A stretch of DNA of 64,000 nt from an uncultured cyanobacterium (GTDB lineage Bacteria; Cyanobacteriota; Cyanobacteriia; CAKZMO01): the NCBI GenBank assembly GCA_963719515.1, contig CAVRCJ010000010.1, positions 320,001-384,000 of the forward strand, in the 5' to 3' direction. Positions 36,922-46,354 of the stretch are shown piece by piece. The notes below the pieces were generated by a model. The model saw only the letters and a program-made list of their open reading frames with translations, made no database searches and had not been told where the DNA came from. Both the position numbers and the translations under genes were made by a program. The number at the start of each line of letters is the position of its first letter. Position 1 is the stretch's first letter.

Positions 36922-37914
36922 GTGACTCATTCTGCAACGCTGACGCTCCAGCCGCCAATGCCTCAGCTTGTTGACAACAGTCGACTACGGCTGTTTTCCG
37001 GTTCATCCAATACTTCCTTGGCCCAAGAGGTTGCCCGCTATTTAGGCATGGATCTTGGGCCTATGGTTCGCCAAAGGTTTGCCGATGGCGAACTCTATGT
37101 CCAGATTCAAGAGTCGATTCGCGGGTGCGACGTCTATTTGATCCAGCCCACCTGCCACCCGGTCAACGACCATCTGATGGAGCTGTTGATCATGGTTGAT
37201 GCCTGTCGGCGGGCGTCAGCGCGGCAAATTACTGCGGTGCTTCCGTACTATGGCTACGCCCGCGCCGATCGCAAGACGGCGGGCCGGGAGTCGATTACCG
37301 CAAAGCTCGTCGCCAACCTCATCACGGAAGCGGGCGCCGATCGTATCCTGGCGATGGACCTGCACTCCGCCCAGATTCAAGGATACTTCGACATTCCGTT
37401 TGACCATGTGTACGGCTCCCCCGTGATTTTGGAGTACCTTGCCAGCAAAAAGCTATCTGATTTGGTGGTGGTGTCGCCCGATGTCGGCGGCGTGGCGCGG
37501 GCGCGAGCCTTTGCCAAAAAGCTGGAGGATGCGCCTTTGGCTATCATCGATAAGCGTCGTCAGGCCCACAATGTTGCCGAGGTGATGAACGTTATTGGTG
37601 ATGTCAGAGGCAAAACCGCCGTCTTAGTGGATGACATGATCGATACGGCGGGCACCATCTGTGAGGGAGCAAAGCTGCTGCGGGAAGAGGGGGCCCGCCA
37701 GGTTTACGCTTGCGCGACCCACTCGGTGTTTTCACCTCCAGCCATCGAGCGGCTTTCGGGAGGTCTGTTTGAAGAGGTGATCGTTACCAATACGATTCCC
37801 CTGCCAGAGACAAAGCAATTTGAGCAGCTGACGGTGTTATCTGTGGCGAACCTTCTGGGCGAAACCATCTGGCGTATTCACGAAGACAGCTCCGTCAGCA
37901 GCATGTTCCGCTAG
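36922..37914 (+). CDS. prs: Ribose-phosphate pyrophosphokinase
   Basis: FADGE, PYYGYARADRK, DLHSAQIQG, VSPDVGG, VDDMIDTAGT. Confidence 0.97.
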   Translation: MTHSATLTLQPPMPQLVDNSRLRLFSGSSNTSLAQEVARYLGMDLGPMVRQRFADGELYVQIQESIRGCDVYLIQPTCHPVNDHLMELLIMVDACRRASARQITAVLPYYGYARADRKTAGRESITAKLVANLITEAGADRILAMDLHSAQIQGYFDIPFDHVYGSPVILEYLASKKLSDLVVVSPDVGGVARARAFAKKLEDAPLAIIDKRRQAHNVAEVMNVIGDVRGKTAVLVDDMIDTAGTICEGAKLLREEGARQVYACATHSVFSPPAIERLSGGLFEEVIVTNTIPLPETKQFEQLTVLSVANLLGETIWRIHEDSSVSSMFR

Positions 37915-39494
37915 CGTCTTAAGGCCACCGCCAGCAAATTGCTGGCGACTAAAGAAACCAGAATTGCGTTGTAGACCGCATGGTCGGCGGTGCTAGCCGC
38001 TACGCCCGCCTCTTGCGCCTGGTCCAAATCCTGGTGCTGACGCAGGTGGCGATCGCAGACGTACTTGTAGCGGCAGGCAAATAGGAAGCCCGGAACGATC
38101 AGCACAATCCCCCCCAGCAGTGGGATACCCGCCAGCAGATGAACTAGGCCGAACTGGGTAGAGCGGACGGCAATTTTACGCCAGGTGTTTGCGCCCCGGC
38201 GGAAGATATACTCTTCTAGTCTGGCCCAGAACGGGATGCCGGCCAGCAGCAGCAGCCAAAATCCAAGGATAAACAGCGTTGCCCAGGGCAGCGATGAGGA
38301 CGCTGGTGCTGCGGCCAGGCTGCCCCAAGCGGCCCAGGGAATAATCTGTCCCAGCAAATGTTCGGCGATCGCCCCCGCCCGAATCAAGGTCGATGGCCCA
38401 CTGCTGAATGAATTGAACGGCTGAAAGATAATGTTGCCGGATTGGCCAAAGATGAGGTTTGCCCAACCCCAATGCATAAACGGCGGAACCACCCGCTCCG
38501 CCATCAGAAAAGTGCCGGTTGTCACCGCAATAATTCCCGCCGCCCGCACATAGGTGAGCAGACCAGAGCGGAAGTAAACCGTCCAAATCATGCTCAGCCG
38601 CTGCCTGTGCCGCCACAAATCCGCCACGATTAAGGCAATAATTCCGATGGAAAACAGCCTTGCGCTCCAGGCCTGTAGAGGCGCTGACAAGCTCGCTGGG
38701 GCAAACAGCAGCAGCGCCAAAATACCCGCCAGTGCGAGGAGACGGTAGCGGACGTGCAGGGCCACAATGCGCAGCGCGTGGCCAAGCTGCTGCCTGCCGG
38801 AAGGTTGGGTCAAGTAGGTCAGCAGCTGCCCTGAGGCGACGATACTCACCAAGCCGTAGAGGGCCGCTGGATAAGAATTAGGCTGTTGGGTCCAAACGCT
38901 TTTGCAGTGATCGAGCGCCTGGCGAAACTCCCCCTGCTTAACGAGCAGATAGGCGGCCAAGGCCTGGGCCGAGGGCTGTGGGTCCATCGTCAAAGACCGC
39001 TCTACGCTCTCTAATGCTCCCTTATCTTTTCCCATACGGGCTAGGGCAATGCCGCGGTTGTGCCAGGCCTTGCTAAACTCTGGGTCTAGGGCGATCGCCT
39101 GGTCGAAGTCGGCGATCGCCCTAGAAAGCTGCTTGAATATCAGATGGACCAGTCCTCGAGCATTGAAGCCTTCTGCTGACAGCGGCTGCAGGCCGCGATT
39201 GCAGTAGTCCAAAGCCGCCTGCTGCTTCCCCAGCATTGCCAGCACCGTTCCTTGAGCGCTTAGGGTAGCGCTGTCGTTGGGTTCAATGGCCAAAGCTTGC
39301 TCGAAACTAACGCGAGCTAGCTTGGGGCGCTTGAGCTGACGGAGCAAATAGCCCCGCTGCCGCCAGATATCGGCGGCCTCTGCCGACGATGGATTGTCTA
39401 GGCGCTTGAGGGCCTTATCGTAAGCGAGCAAAGCCTGCTCATCGCCAAGGGGGCTGATATTGTTCGCCGTTAACCGGTTGAAGCGCATTATCAA
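37911..39494 (-). CDS. TPR repeats fused to a multi-pass membrane domain with CPBP/Abi protease-like motifs
   Basis: N-terminal TPRs; C-terminal EEYIFR, FGLVH, HAVYN. Confidence 0.65.
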   Translation of the reverse strand: MIMRFNRLTANNISPLGDEQALLAYDKALKRLDNPSSAEAADIWRQRGYLLRQLKRPKLARVSFEQALAIEPNDSATLSAQGTVLAMLGKQQAALDYCNRGLQPLSAEGFNARGLVHLIFKQLSRAIADFDQAIALDPEFSKAWHNRGIALARMGKDKGALESVERSLTMDPQPSAQALAAYLLVKQGEFRQALDHCKSVWTQQPNSYPAALYGLVSIVASGQLLTYLTQPSGRQQLGHALRIVALHVRYRLLALAGILALLLFAPASLSAPLQAWSARLFSIGIIALIVADLWRHRQRLSMIWTVYFRSGLLTYVRAAGIIAVTTGTFLMAERVVPPFMHWGWANLIFGQSGNIIFQPFNSFSSGPSTLIRAGAIAEHLLGQIIPWAAWGSLAAAPASSSLPWATLFILGFWLLLLAGIPFWARLEEYIFRRGANTWRKIAVRSTQFGLVHLLAGIPLLGGIVLIVPGFLFACRYKYVCDRHLRQHQDLDQAQEAGVAASTADHAVYNAILVSLVASNLLAVALRR

Positions 39495-39606
39495 GTCGTA
39501 AACGGGTGGACTTAGAGGGAGGAACGTCTAGTTTCAGCATACTCTAGGCACCGTGACCACTTTACGGCATGCTAGACGTGAGCATAACGACTAAGGAGGC
39601 TTTCCC

Positions 39607-40317
39607 ATGGCTGCAGACATTGATCCCCAAACCCTAATGAAGCAGGAGGTCGGCCGTGCTGCCGCCGAGCGCGTCTCGTCGGACTCCATCGTCGGCCTGG
39701 GCACTGGATCAACAACGGCCTTCGCCATCCAATATCTGGGGGAGCGGCTCCAGTCGGGAGATCTCAAAAACATTAAAGGCGTGACCACTTCGTTTCAGGC
39801 GATTGTGCTGGCGCGTCAGTACGGCATTCCGGTGGTGTCGCTGGACGAGGTGGACCATATTGATGTGGCCATTGATGGAGCCGATGAAGTAGACCCGCAA
39901 AAGAACCTGATAAAAGGCGGCGGGGCTGCCCACACCCAGGAAAAGATTGTCGATTCTCTGGCCAAGCAGTTCATTGTTGTGGTCGATAGCGGTAAGCTTG
40001 TAGACTCTCTGGGCAGCACCTTTCTGCTGCCGGTGGAGGTCATTCCTATGGCGGTTAGCCCGGTAATGCAGGCCATCAAGACGCTAGGGGGGGAGCCGAC
40101 CTTACGAATGGGGGTAAAAAAGGCGGGTCCCGTCGTGACAGACCAGGGAAACTTGGTGATCGACGTCAAGTTTGACAGCATCGCTGACCCGGCGCAGCTA
40201 GAGTCTGCCCTCAATAATATCCCAGGAGTCTTGGAAAACGGTCTGTTTGTCGGCGTTGCCGATGTTGTTTTGGTGGGAGAGCTAGACGGCGATACGCCTA
40301 GGGTTCGCGAGCTGTAG
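39607..40317 (+). CDS. rpiA: Ribose-5-phosphate isomerase A
   Basis: GLGTGST, DGADEVD, KGGGAA..EK, TDQGN. Confidence 0.97.
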   Translation: MAADIDPQTLMKQEVGRAAAERVSSDSIVGLGTGSTTAFAIQYLGERLQSGDLKNIKGVTTSFQAIVLARQYGIPVVSLDEVDHIDVAIDGADEVDPQKNLIKGGGAAHTQEKIVDSLAKQFIVVVDSGKLVDSLGSTFLLPVEVIPMAVSPVMQAIKTLGGEPTLRMGVKKAGPVVTDQGNLVIDVKFDSIADPAQLESALNNIPGVLENGLFVGVADVVLVGELDGDTPRVREL

Positions 40318-40773
40318 TTCTGACAGACTCGCCCGCAGGTTTGGTGCTACCGCCATTGGGGACCCGGTTTGCTGCGCGTCCCCAATTTTAGAAATCCCTC
40401 TTTGAAAATTAATACAACTGTGAAAAGCCTTTGAATGCTGGCGAACAAGAGGGGCTAGCACAGCAATTCGTACGGTAAACTGGGATACACGTTAAAACGC
40501 TCTATGTTGCCGGAAGGCATTCTAGCGGCCAATTTTGTGCAGGCAGGGTGTCCAAGCCTTATTAAATTCCAAGCGGATCTTCACGTTTGTTTTGGGTTTG
40601 AGCAAATAAAGGCATTGAATTAGGGGCACAGCGACAAGCGCTTGGTTTTGACAATGATATTAAAACCCTTAAGCTGTAGGCATCAAAACCCAAATCTCTC
40701 TACATCTACCTATTTCGAGTGGGTGCATATCGCTTTTAAGCCCACTCATAGAGAAGCCGCTACGCATCTACGT

Positions 40774-40859
40774 CCTAAATCCTTCTCTCAATGCTGGAAG
40801 AGGGACTTGAATCTCTTACCCTCCTTTTCCCGGAACTGAGAGAAGAGGCTGGGGGGTGA
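40774..40859. repeat. Degenerate cyanobacterial palindromic dispersed repeat
   Basis: cctaaatccttctctca..tgg.agagggacttga ... cctt.tccc..ctgagagaagaggctggggggtga, a decayed double-hairpin unit. Confidence 0.45.
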
Positions 40860-41191
40860 CATGCTCCCTTTCAAGTTCGATGTCCCATCCGGATGAGCTT
40901 TGGAAAGAGTTTAAAGCTTCTCTTAGGCTTGTTAGCGTTGCCTAGAAGCGTGCAGGAAATGCGGCGTTCATCACGCCGATGGCCTGTGGAAGGCCGTAGT
41001 GCGGTACGCTGCTATTTTTTAAGGCTACGGTCAGCTGCCATAACAGTCAGGATAAGTGTCAGTTGAAATTAGCGTGCATCTTTGCCATTGCGTTATAGGC
41101 AGTAACTTACGATGCCCTTAATAGCAAAAAATCTGCCTTAAGTCCTTTTATCTTGTCTACTGAGTATAGACATCTATAATTTTTTGAAGGT

Positions 41192-42370
41192 ATGATTCCT
41201 CTCTATTCAAAAAGCTTGAAAGAATTTTCGTTTGGGCATAAGACTCTTGCCCGAAAGATTTCTCAAGAGAATGATTTATCATTTACCGGCTACTGGCGGC
41301 ATCGACTCCAATACTCCCTTCAAAATCAGGACTTTAGGTCGTGGTATCTGGGGTTATCGCAGGGAAAAATCGTCTTCTCCGATAGTGAGCCGCTGTCCAT
41401 CGATGGTTTACTGGCAATCGTCGAGCGCTACCTTCCCTCTCTCAGAAACGACAAGGCCAAGTATCTGCTCGGAACGTTGAAGCAGATGCTGCCCCCTGTC
41501 GATCAGCAGCAGCAGCTTAAAATGCTGCCAAACCTGCTTGAGAGCTGCTATAGACTAAAGCTCGCTCACCCCAAAGAGATTGAACGTGCTCTGCGTCTGA
41601 AAATTCTTCAAGACTTTGATGAAGTCTTGTTCGACTCTGTTGGCCATGCCGAGTTTTTGCCCGACTCAGACCTCTCACATCAAGTTCCAATCCCTGGGTT
41701 TGACCTCAAAGGAATGCTGTCTGAAGCACGTAGACGCAAAATAGTCTGGGATAAGGTGAAGACGATCATTCCGTCTCTAGATACGATATTGATGGCAAAC
41801 GACAGCGCCATTAAACAAGCCAGCCTGACCTCTGCTCAAAAAGTTCATCTGCAGAAGCTTATTTCCCACGGCGACTCTATAGACACTATTTCTGAGTCTT
41901 TGTGTCAGGACAGGCTGGAAATTGCCAAAGGGCTAGCGCAGCTGGTCAATAAAGGTCTGTTTTCAATTCAGCCTGCGGAGAAAGGCAAGAGATCAGAGAT
42001 CTTGATCGTTGATGACTCTCCGCTGATGCTGCAAATGTTTCAAACCCTCGTTTCGAGCTGGGGATATCCGGTGCGATCGCACTCTGAGCCCACCTCAGCC
42101 TTGGAGGTAATGCTTCAGTCCAACCCTGTTGCCATCTTCTTGGATGTCAACATGCCTGAAATTTCGGGCTTTGATTTGCTAAAGCAAATTCGCCGTCAGC
42201 CTGCGCTAGCGGGTATTCCTTTGATCGTTATGACTGCGGAGAGAACGCTCTCCAACAATTGGAGAGCGCAGTGGAGCGGCTGTCGCTTTTTATCAAAGCC
42301 CCTAGCTCCCGAGGAGTTTCCCAATTTTAAAATCGAGCTCCGCATGCTTTTAGAAACAATTTTAGGCTAG
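41192..42370 (+). CDS. PatA-type response regulator (N-terminal PATAN-like region plus receiver)
   Basis: C-terminal ILIVDDS...FLDVNMP..GF...FLSKP; first gene of a tax-like cluster. Confidence 0.8.
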   Translation: MIPLYSKSLKEFSFGHKTLARKISQENDLSFTGYWRHRLQYSLQNQDFRSWYLGLSQGKIVFSDSEPLSIDGLLAIVERYLPSLRNDKAKYLLGTLKQMLPPVDQQQQLKMLPNLLESCYRLKLAHPKEIERALRLKILQDFDEVLFDSVGHAEFLPDSDLSHQVPIPGFDLKGMLSEARRRKIVWDKVKTIIPSLDTILMANDSAIKQASLTSAQKVHLQKLISHGDSIDTISESLCQDRLEIAKGLAQLVNKGLFSIQPAEKGKRSEILIVDDSPLMLQMFQTLVSSWGYPVRSHSEPTSALEVMLQSNPVAIFLDVNMPEISGFDLLKQIRRQPALAGIPLIVMTAERTLSNNWRAQWSGCRFLSKPLAPEEFPNFKIELRMLLETILG

Positions 42371-42498
42371 CGCCTATATTCTGCTTTAACGACGCTTCAA
42401 AATAGCTTTCCGGGTCGCCTAAATTGGGGCAGAACTAATAATTAGAAAAATATATCTGATTTCCTCTTCCTTTGAAACAAAGTGAGTAAGCTATAGCC

Positions 42499-42855
42499 AT
42501 GCAATTTCTGGTTGTTGATGATAGTGCTGTCGACCGGCAATTTTTGTCATCCCTGCTTCAGGATATGGGACATAATGTCGAATCTTACGACAACACAGCT
42601 GGGGTGGTAGATAAGCTCGCAACGGGGCAATATGCCTGTCTGTTTTTAGACATCGTGATGCCGGGCCAAGACGGCTACAGGCTTTTGAGAGAGATTCGCG
42701 CAAATCGAGAAACGGCGCGGCAAAACGTCGTATTTTACTCCACCAAAAATACCCCTGTAGAAGTCAAATATGGCCTACAGCGGACGGGGGCCAACGACTA
42801 CATTATCAAGCCCGCAAGTCGAGAGCGCCTCTCTGAGGTTTTGCAAAAGCTTTGA
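42499..42855 (+). CDS. CheY-like single-domain response regulator
   Basis: LVVDDS, FLDIVMP..DGY, ST, GANDYIIKP. Confidence 0.9.
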   Translation: MQFLVVDDSAVDRQFLSSLLQDMGHNVESYDNTAGVVDKLATGQYACLFLDIVMPGQDGYRLLREIRANRETARQNVVFYSTKNTPVEVKYGLQRTGANDYIIKPASRERLSEVLQKL

Positions 42856-42916
42856 CGTTTTGCCTTGTCCTAGGGTGCCCCATCACCGCCGTTCTGTTGA
42901 TTTCTCTGGCTCACCT

Positions 42917-43354
42917 ATGAAACCGAATAGTCCGACCGTCAATTTTGCAGTCCAAGAAAGCCACTATATTTTGACCCAGGTGGGAGAGCGTCGAATTGCC
43001 TTTCCCACCCAGACCATTACAGGCATTTTGCTAACAGAGCGATCGCAGGTTTTGGCTCTGCCTTTTTACCACGAGATGATCTTGGGCGTCGTTCACTATC
43101 AGGGACAATTGGTCCCGCTGGTGACGCTACGACACCTGCTTGAAGGCAAGCCCAGCCCACTCAGAGAGGTTTTTAACGCAGTTCAGCTCAGCGAGTCCAC
43201 AAGCGTGCCGGGGTTAGGGCTAATTGTCGATCAACTCCTGGGGCACTGCGGTGAAGATCAAGTTGCTGATGATCACACCATAGAGCGGTTCCAGCCTCAG
43301 ATATTAGAGCCAACGCTGTGGCAGCCTCAGCGCTGGACCCCGCTGTCTTCATAG
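42917..43354 (+). CDS. CheW-like protein
   Basis: LALPF...ILGVVHYQGQLVPLVTL...GLIVDQLLG. Confidence 0.85.
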   Translation: MKPNSPTVNFAVQESHYILTQVGERRIAFPTQTITGILLTERSQVLALPFYHEMILGVVHYQGQLVPLVTLRHLLEGKPSPLREVFNAVQLSESTSVPGLGLIVDQLLGHCGEDQVADDHTIERFQPQILEPTLWQPQRWTPLSS

Positions 43355-43416
43355 GGTTTGAAGTTCAGCAGGTTTGAAGTTAAACCACTATTCATCTTCT
43401 CAAGAGTAAAGCCATC

Positions 43417-46314
43417 ATGACCGCTCCAGGCCAAAACCTATGGGATTCTTCCGCCCAGACTGACGAGCAAGACAACGGCACAGTGCCCCCCTCTGCCGAT
43501 GCAGCGGCGATCGCTTACCCCTCATCCAAAGATGTAGAGGCCACAACGGTGTATCCGGACCAGCCTCGCAGAGGGATCAGCATTAGAATCAAGGCCATGG
43601 TCTTGGCAGCCCTTTTTGGGGTGGCGCCAGTGCTTGTCGTTAGCTTCATTGGCTATCGCTCAGCCAACAGCTCAATTACCGAAACGGTCGCCGAACAAGA
43701 GCTAGAAGAAGTCGACCAAATTGCGTCTCAGCTCAGCACCTATCTGCAAGAACGGATCACCAACGTCAAGACAATTTCAGCAGTTGTGACGGCGTCTCCG
43801 CTCTTTGAAGGCGATTCAACCGCCCAGGAAACCCGCCTAGAGCAAGCCCTCTCAGAGCAGCTCACCAAGTTTGTCGAAGGCGATCGCACCTACACCGGCA
43901 TTGGCGTTTACGATCTAGAAGGAAATTTGCGGCTGCAGTCATTGGGAGCGAGCCTTGATCCTAAGCAGGGAGATGTCCCCTACTTTATACAGGCTATAGA
44001 AACTGAGACCGCTACGGTGAGCGAGCCGGTACCCACTGCCGACGAACAAGATAGTCCCTACTCCGTCTACGTGACGGCCCCTATTACCGACCAGTCAGAG
44101 GACGTCAGAGCGGTCTTGGTCGCCCAAATCCCGGTTAGCCTGATCGGTGACTCAATTTTAGGAACAGGTGTTTCCGAGGAAGAGGAGGAGGGAGAAGAGT
44201 TTTATCGCCTAATAGACTCCTCCGGAAACATCATTCAAAGCCTACCAATTAGTACAGAAGACGTCGAAATTGGTTCGCCACTCACCGAGAAAATTCCCGG
44301 TTTTGAAGCCGTACAGGCCTCAAGGGAGCTGCAGACCTGGATCGGACCAACCGCTGCAGGTGAAGCCTTAATCGCCTACGCGCCGGTATCTGGAGTAGAG
44401 GGGCTGAACTGGAGCGTGGTGGCTTCCGAAACGACGGCGCAGGCCTTCGAAGCCCAGCAACAGCTCCTAAAAACCATTCTTGCAGGCACTGCGATCACGG
44501 GAATTATCGCGGTTCTGCTGGGGGTCTTGCTGGCAGAGCGGACCACTCAACCAATAGAGCGAGTGGCTAAAACCGTAGAATTGCTGGGTCAAGGAGACCT
44601 CCGGGCCCGGGTCTTAGTGCAGGGTAATGACGAACTAGCGGTGCTGGGCCACAACGTCAACCGGATGGCGGGTCAAATTCAAGCGCTGCTGCAGACCCTC
44701 AGTCAAAACGCGAATCAGCTCGACAAGCAAAACAACGTTTTGGCAGACCTAGCGCGCAATGAGGCTCTGATTCGAGGGGATGTGCCAGCGGCAGTCGAGG
44801 TGTTTGCTGAAGCAACGGCGAACACCCTAAATGTTGAGCGCGCGAGCGTCTGGGTCTACAACGCTGAGGTGGGCGAAGCCCTCTGCATCAACACCTCCGA
44901 TCAAAGCCGCCTTGAAGCCGCGCCTGCGGTAGGGGGGATAACGTCCGCCGATCTGCGAGCGATCGCCGAGAGCCAGGGGCGGGCCATCCGCGACGTTTCC
45001 CGCCACAGTAAACTGCAGGCGCTCCAGACTGCCGGTCATCTAGACCCCAACACAGTATCTGTTTTGGAGGTGCCGATTCAAATTGGGGGAACCGTGGTCG
45101 GCCTCTTGCGCTGCGAGCACCAGGGCGAGTGTAGAGACTGGAAACCTCAAGAGCAGCTCTTTGTCAGCTCTGTAGCCAACCTCGTGGCGATCGCCTTGGA
45201 GAGTGAAGTTTTGCAGAAGGAGGTAGACCACCTACTAGACGTGGTGTCTGAGGTGGAAGACGGTAACTTGACGATTCAGGCTCTGGTCAGCGATCGCAGC
45301 ACGGGGCTAGTGGCGGACACCTTCAATCGCCTTGTCGAACGGTTGACCGAAGTGCTTCAGCAAACTCTAGAAACTGCGCAGCAGGCCTACGAAAATGCCC
45401 AAAAGCAGAAGTCTCAAGCCGCTCGAATCGCCAGCAACGCTGAACAGCAGGCCCAAGGGGTAAATCAAGTCCTTCGATTTACAGATGAGGTCAAGGTGCG
45501 AGCCCAAGATACGGCTCGCCAGGTGGAGGCGAGCCGCGCTTCTCTACAGACGCTGCAGAAAACTGTAGAGCAGGGAAAAGACGCCGTTACCACCGTCACG
45601 GCGGGCATCGACATTCTTCAGGAGGACAGCGATCGCATCATCCAGCAGATGAAGACCCTGGGGGAGTTCGTCGGGCTTGCCGACCAGTTTGTCCAAGACC
45701 AAACTCAAATTGCTTCCCTAACCCAAACCCTGGCGCTCAATGCCTCTCTGGTGGCGGCCCGCGCGGCCGAACAGCGCGACCCTCGGCAGTTTGCGGTGGC
45801 GGCCCGTGAATTTGGGGCGATCGCCGCTCAGGTGAGCCAGCTGGCGCAACAGACCAACGACAGCCTGACTACCCTAGAGCAGCGCAGTACTCAAATTCAA
45901 AGCGTGGTCTTCGCTGTCGACGCCAACGTGCAGCGGGTCGGAAGCTTGGTCGACAGCTTTACCCGAGGTGTTGAACAGTCCAACCGGGTCTTTGAGAACG
46001 TTCAAGTCGTCACGTTGGAAGCGGTAGATGCCGAAGAGGCGGTTGCCCGAGCCAGTCAGGAGATTATCGATGCGGTGCAGTCAGCGACTGACGTCGTACG
46101 CACCATCACCGATATTACCGCTCAGACCGCTAATCTCACCCAAAACAACCGCACGCAGTCCGAGCAGATGGAAATCCTCTCTGGGCAGCTTTTGCAGACG
46201 ATCGCCTTCTTCCAGCTCCCCCCACCCCTGACGATCCCCCGTGACGTTCAGAGCAGCCTCCCAAGTGAAGCTGTCTCTGGCCCTGAAGACGCTCCAACAA
46301 CGATTACGGCCTAA
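43417..46314 (+). CDS. Methyl-accepting chemotaxis-like receptor (TM-Cache-TM-HAMP-GAF-HAMP-signalling)
   Basis: Two TMs, YF..A..VSEP Cache motif, HAMP (GDL...DELAVL..N.M), GAF (VERASVW...VGLL..EH..RDW), tip LALNASLVAARAAE. Confidence 0.88.
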   Translation: MTAPGQNLWDSSAQTDEQDNGTVPPSADAAAIAYPSSKDVEATTVYPDQPRRGISIRIKAMVLAALFGVAPVLVVSFIGYRSANSSITETVAEQELEEVDQIASQLSTYLQERITNVKTISAVVTASPLFEGDSTAQETRLEQALSEQLTKFVEGDRTYTGIGVYDLEGNLRLQSLGASLDPKQGDVPYFIQAIETETATVSEPVPTADEQDSPYSVYVTAPITDQSEDVRAVLVAQIPVSLIGDSILGTGVSEEEEEGEEFYRLIDSSGNIIQSLPISTEDVEIGSPLTEKIPGFEAVQASRELQTWIGPTAAGEALIAYAPVSGVEGLNWSVVASETTAQAFEAQQQLLKTILAGTAITGIIAVLLGVLLAERTTQPIERVAKTVELLGQGDLRARVLVQGNDELAVLGHNVNRMAGQIQALLQTLSQNANQLDKQNNVLADLARNEALIRGDVPAAVEVFAEATANTLNVERASVWVYNAEVGEALCINTSDQSRLEAAPAVGGITSADLRAIAESQGRAIRDVSRHSKLQALQTAGHLDPNTVSVLEVPIQIGGTVVGLLRCEHQGECRDWKPQEQLFVSSVANLVAIALESEVLQKEVDHLLDVVSEVEDGNLTIQALVSDRSTGLVADTFNRLVERLTEVLQQTLETAQQAYENAQKQKSQAARIASNAEQQAQGVNQVLRFTDEVKVRAQDTARQVEASRASLQTLQKTVEQGKDAVTTVTAGIDILQEDSDRIIQQMKTLGEFVGLADQFVQDQTQIASLTQTLALNASLVAARAAEQRDPRQFAVAAREFGAIAAQVSQLAQQTNDSLTTLEQRSTQIQSVVFAVDANVQRVGSLVDSFTRGVEQSNRVFENVQVVTLEAVDAEEAVARASQEIIDAVQSATDVVRTITDITAQTANLTQNNRTQSEQMEILSGQLLQTIAFFQLPPPLTIPRDVQSSLPSEAVSGPEDAPTTITA

Positions 46315-46354
46315 GACCTTTTTTGGCCTATTCCGCTGACCACAAACCCCAAGA

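Noticed and set aside
40792..40815. tRNA-like 3' end (TTCAAGTCCCTCTTCCAGCA on the minus strand) as an att site
   Set aside because: No cloverleaf can be built; the context fits a decayed palindromic dispersed repeat.
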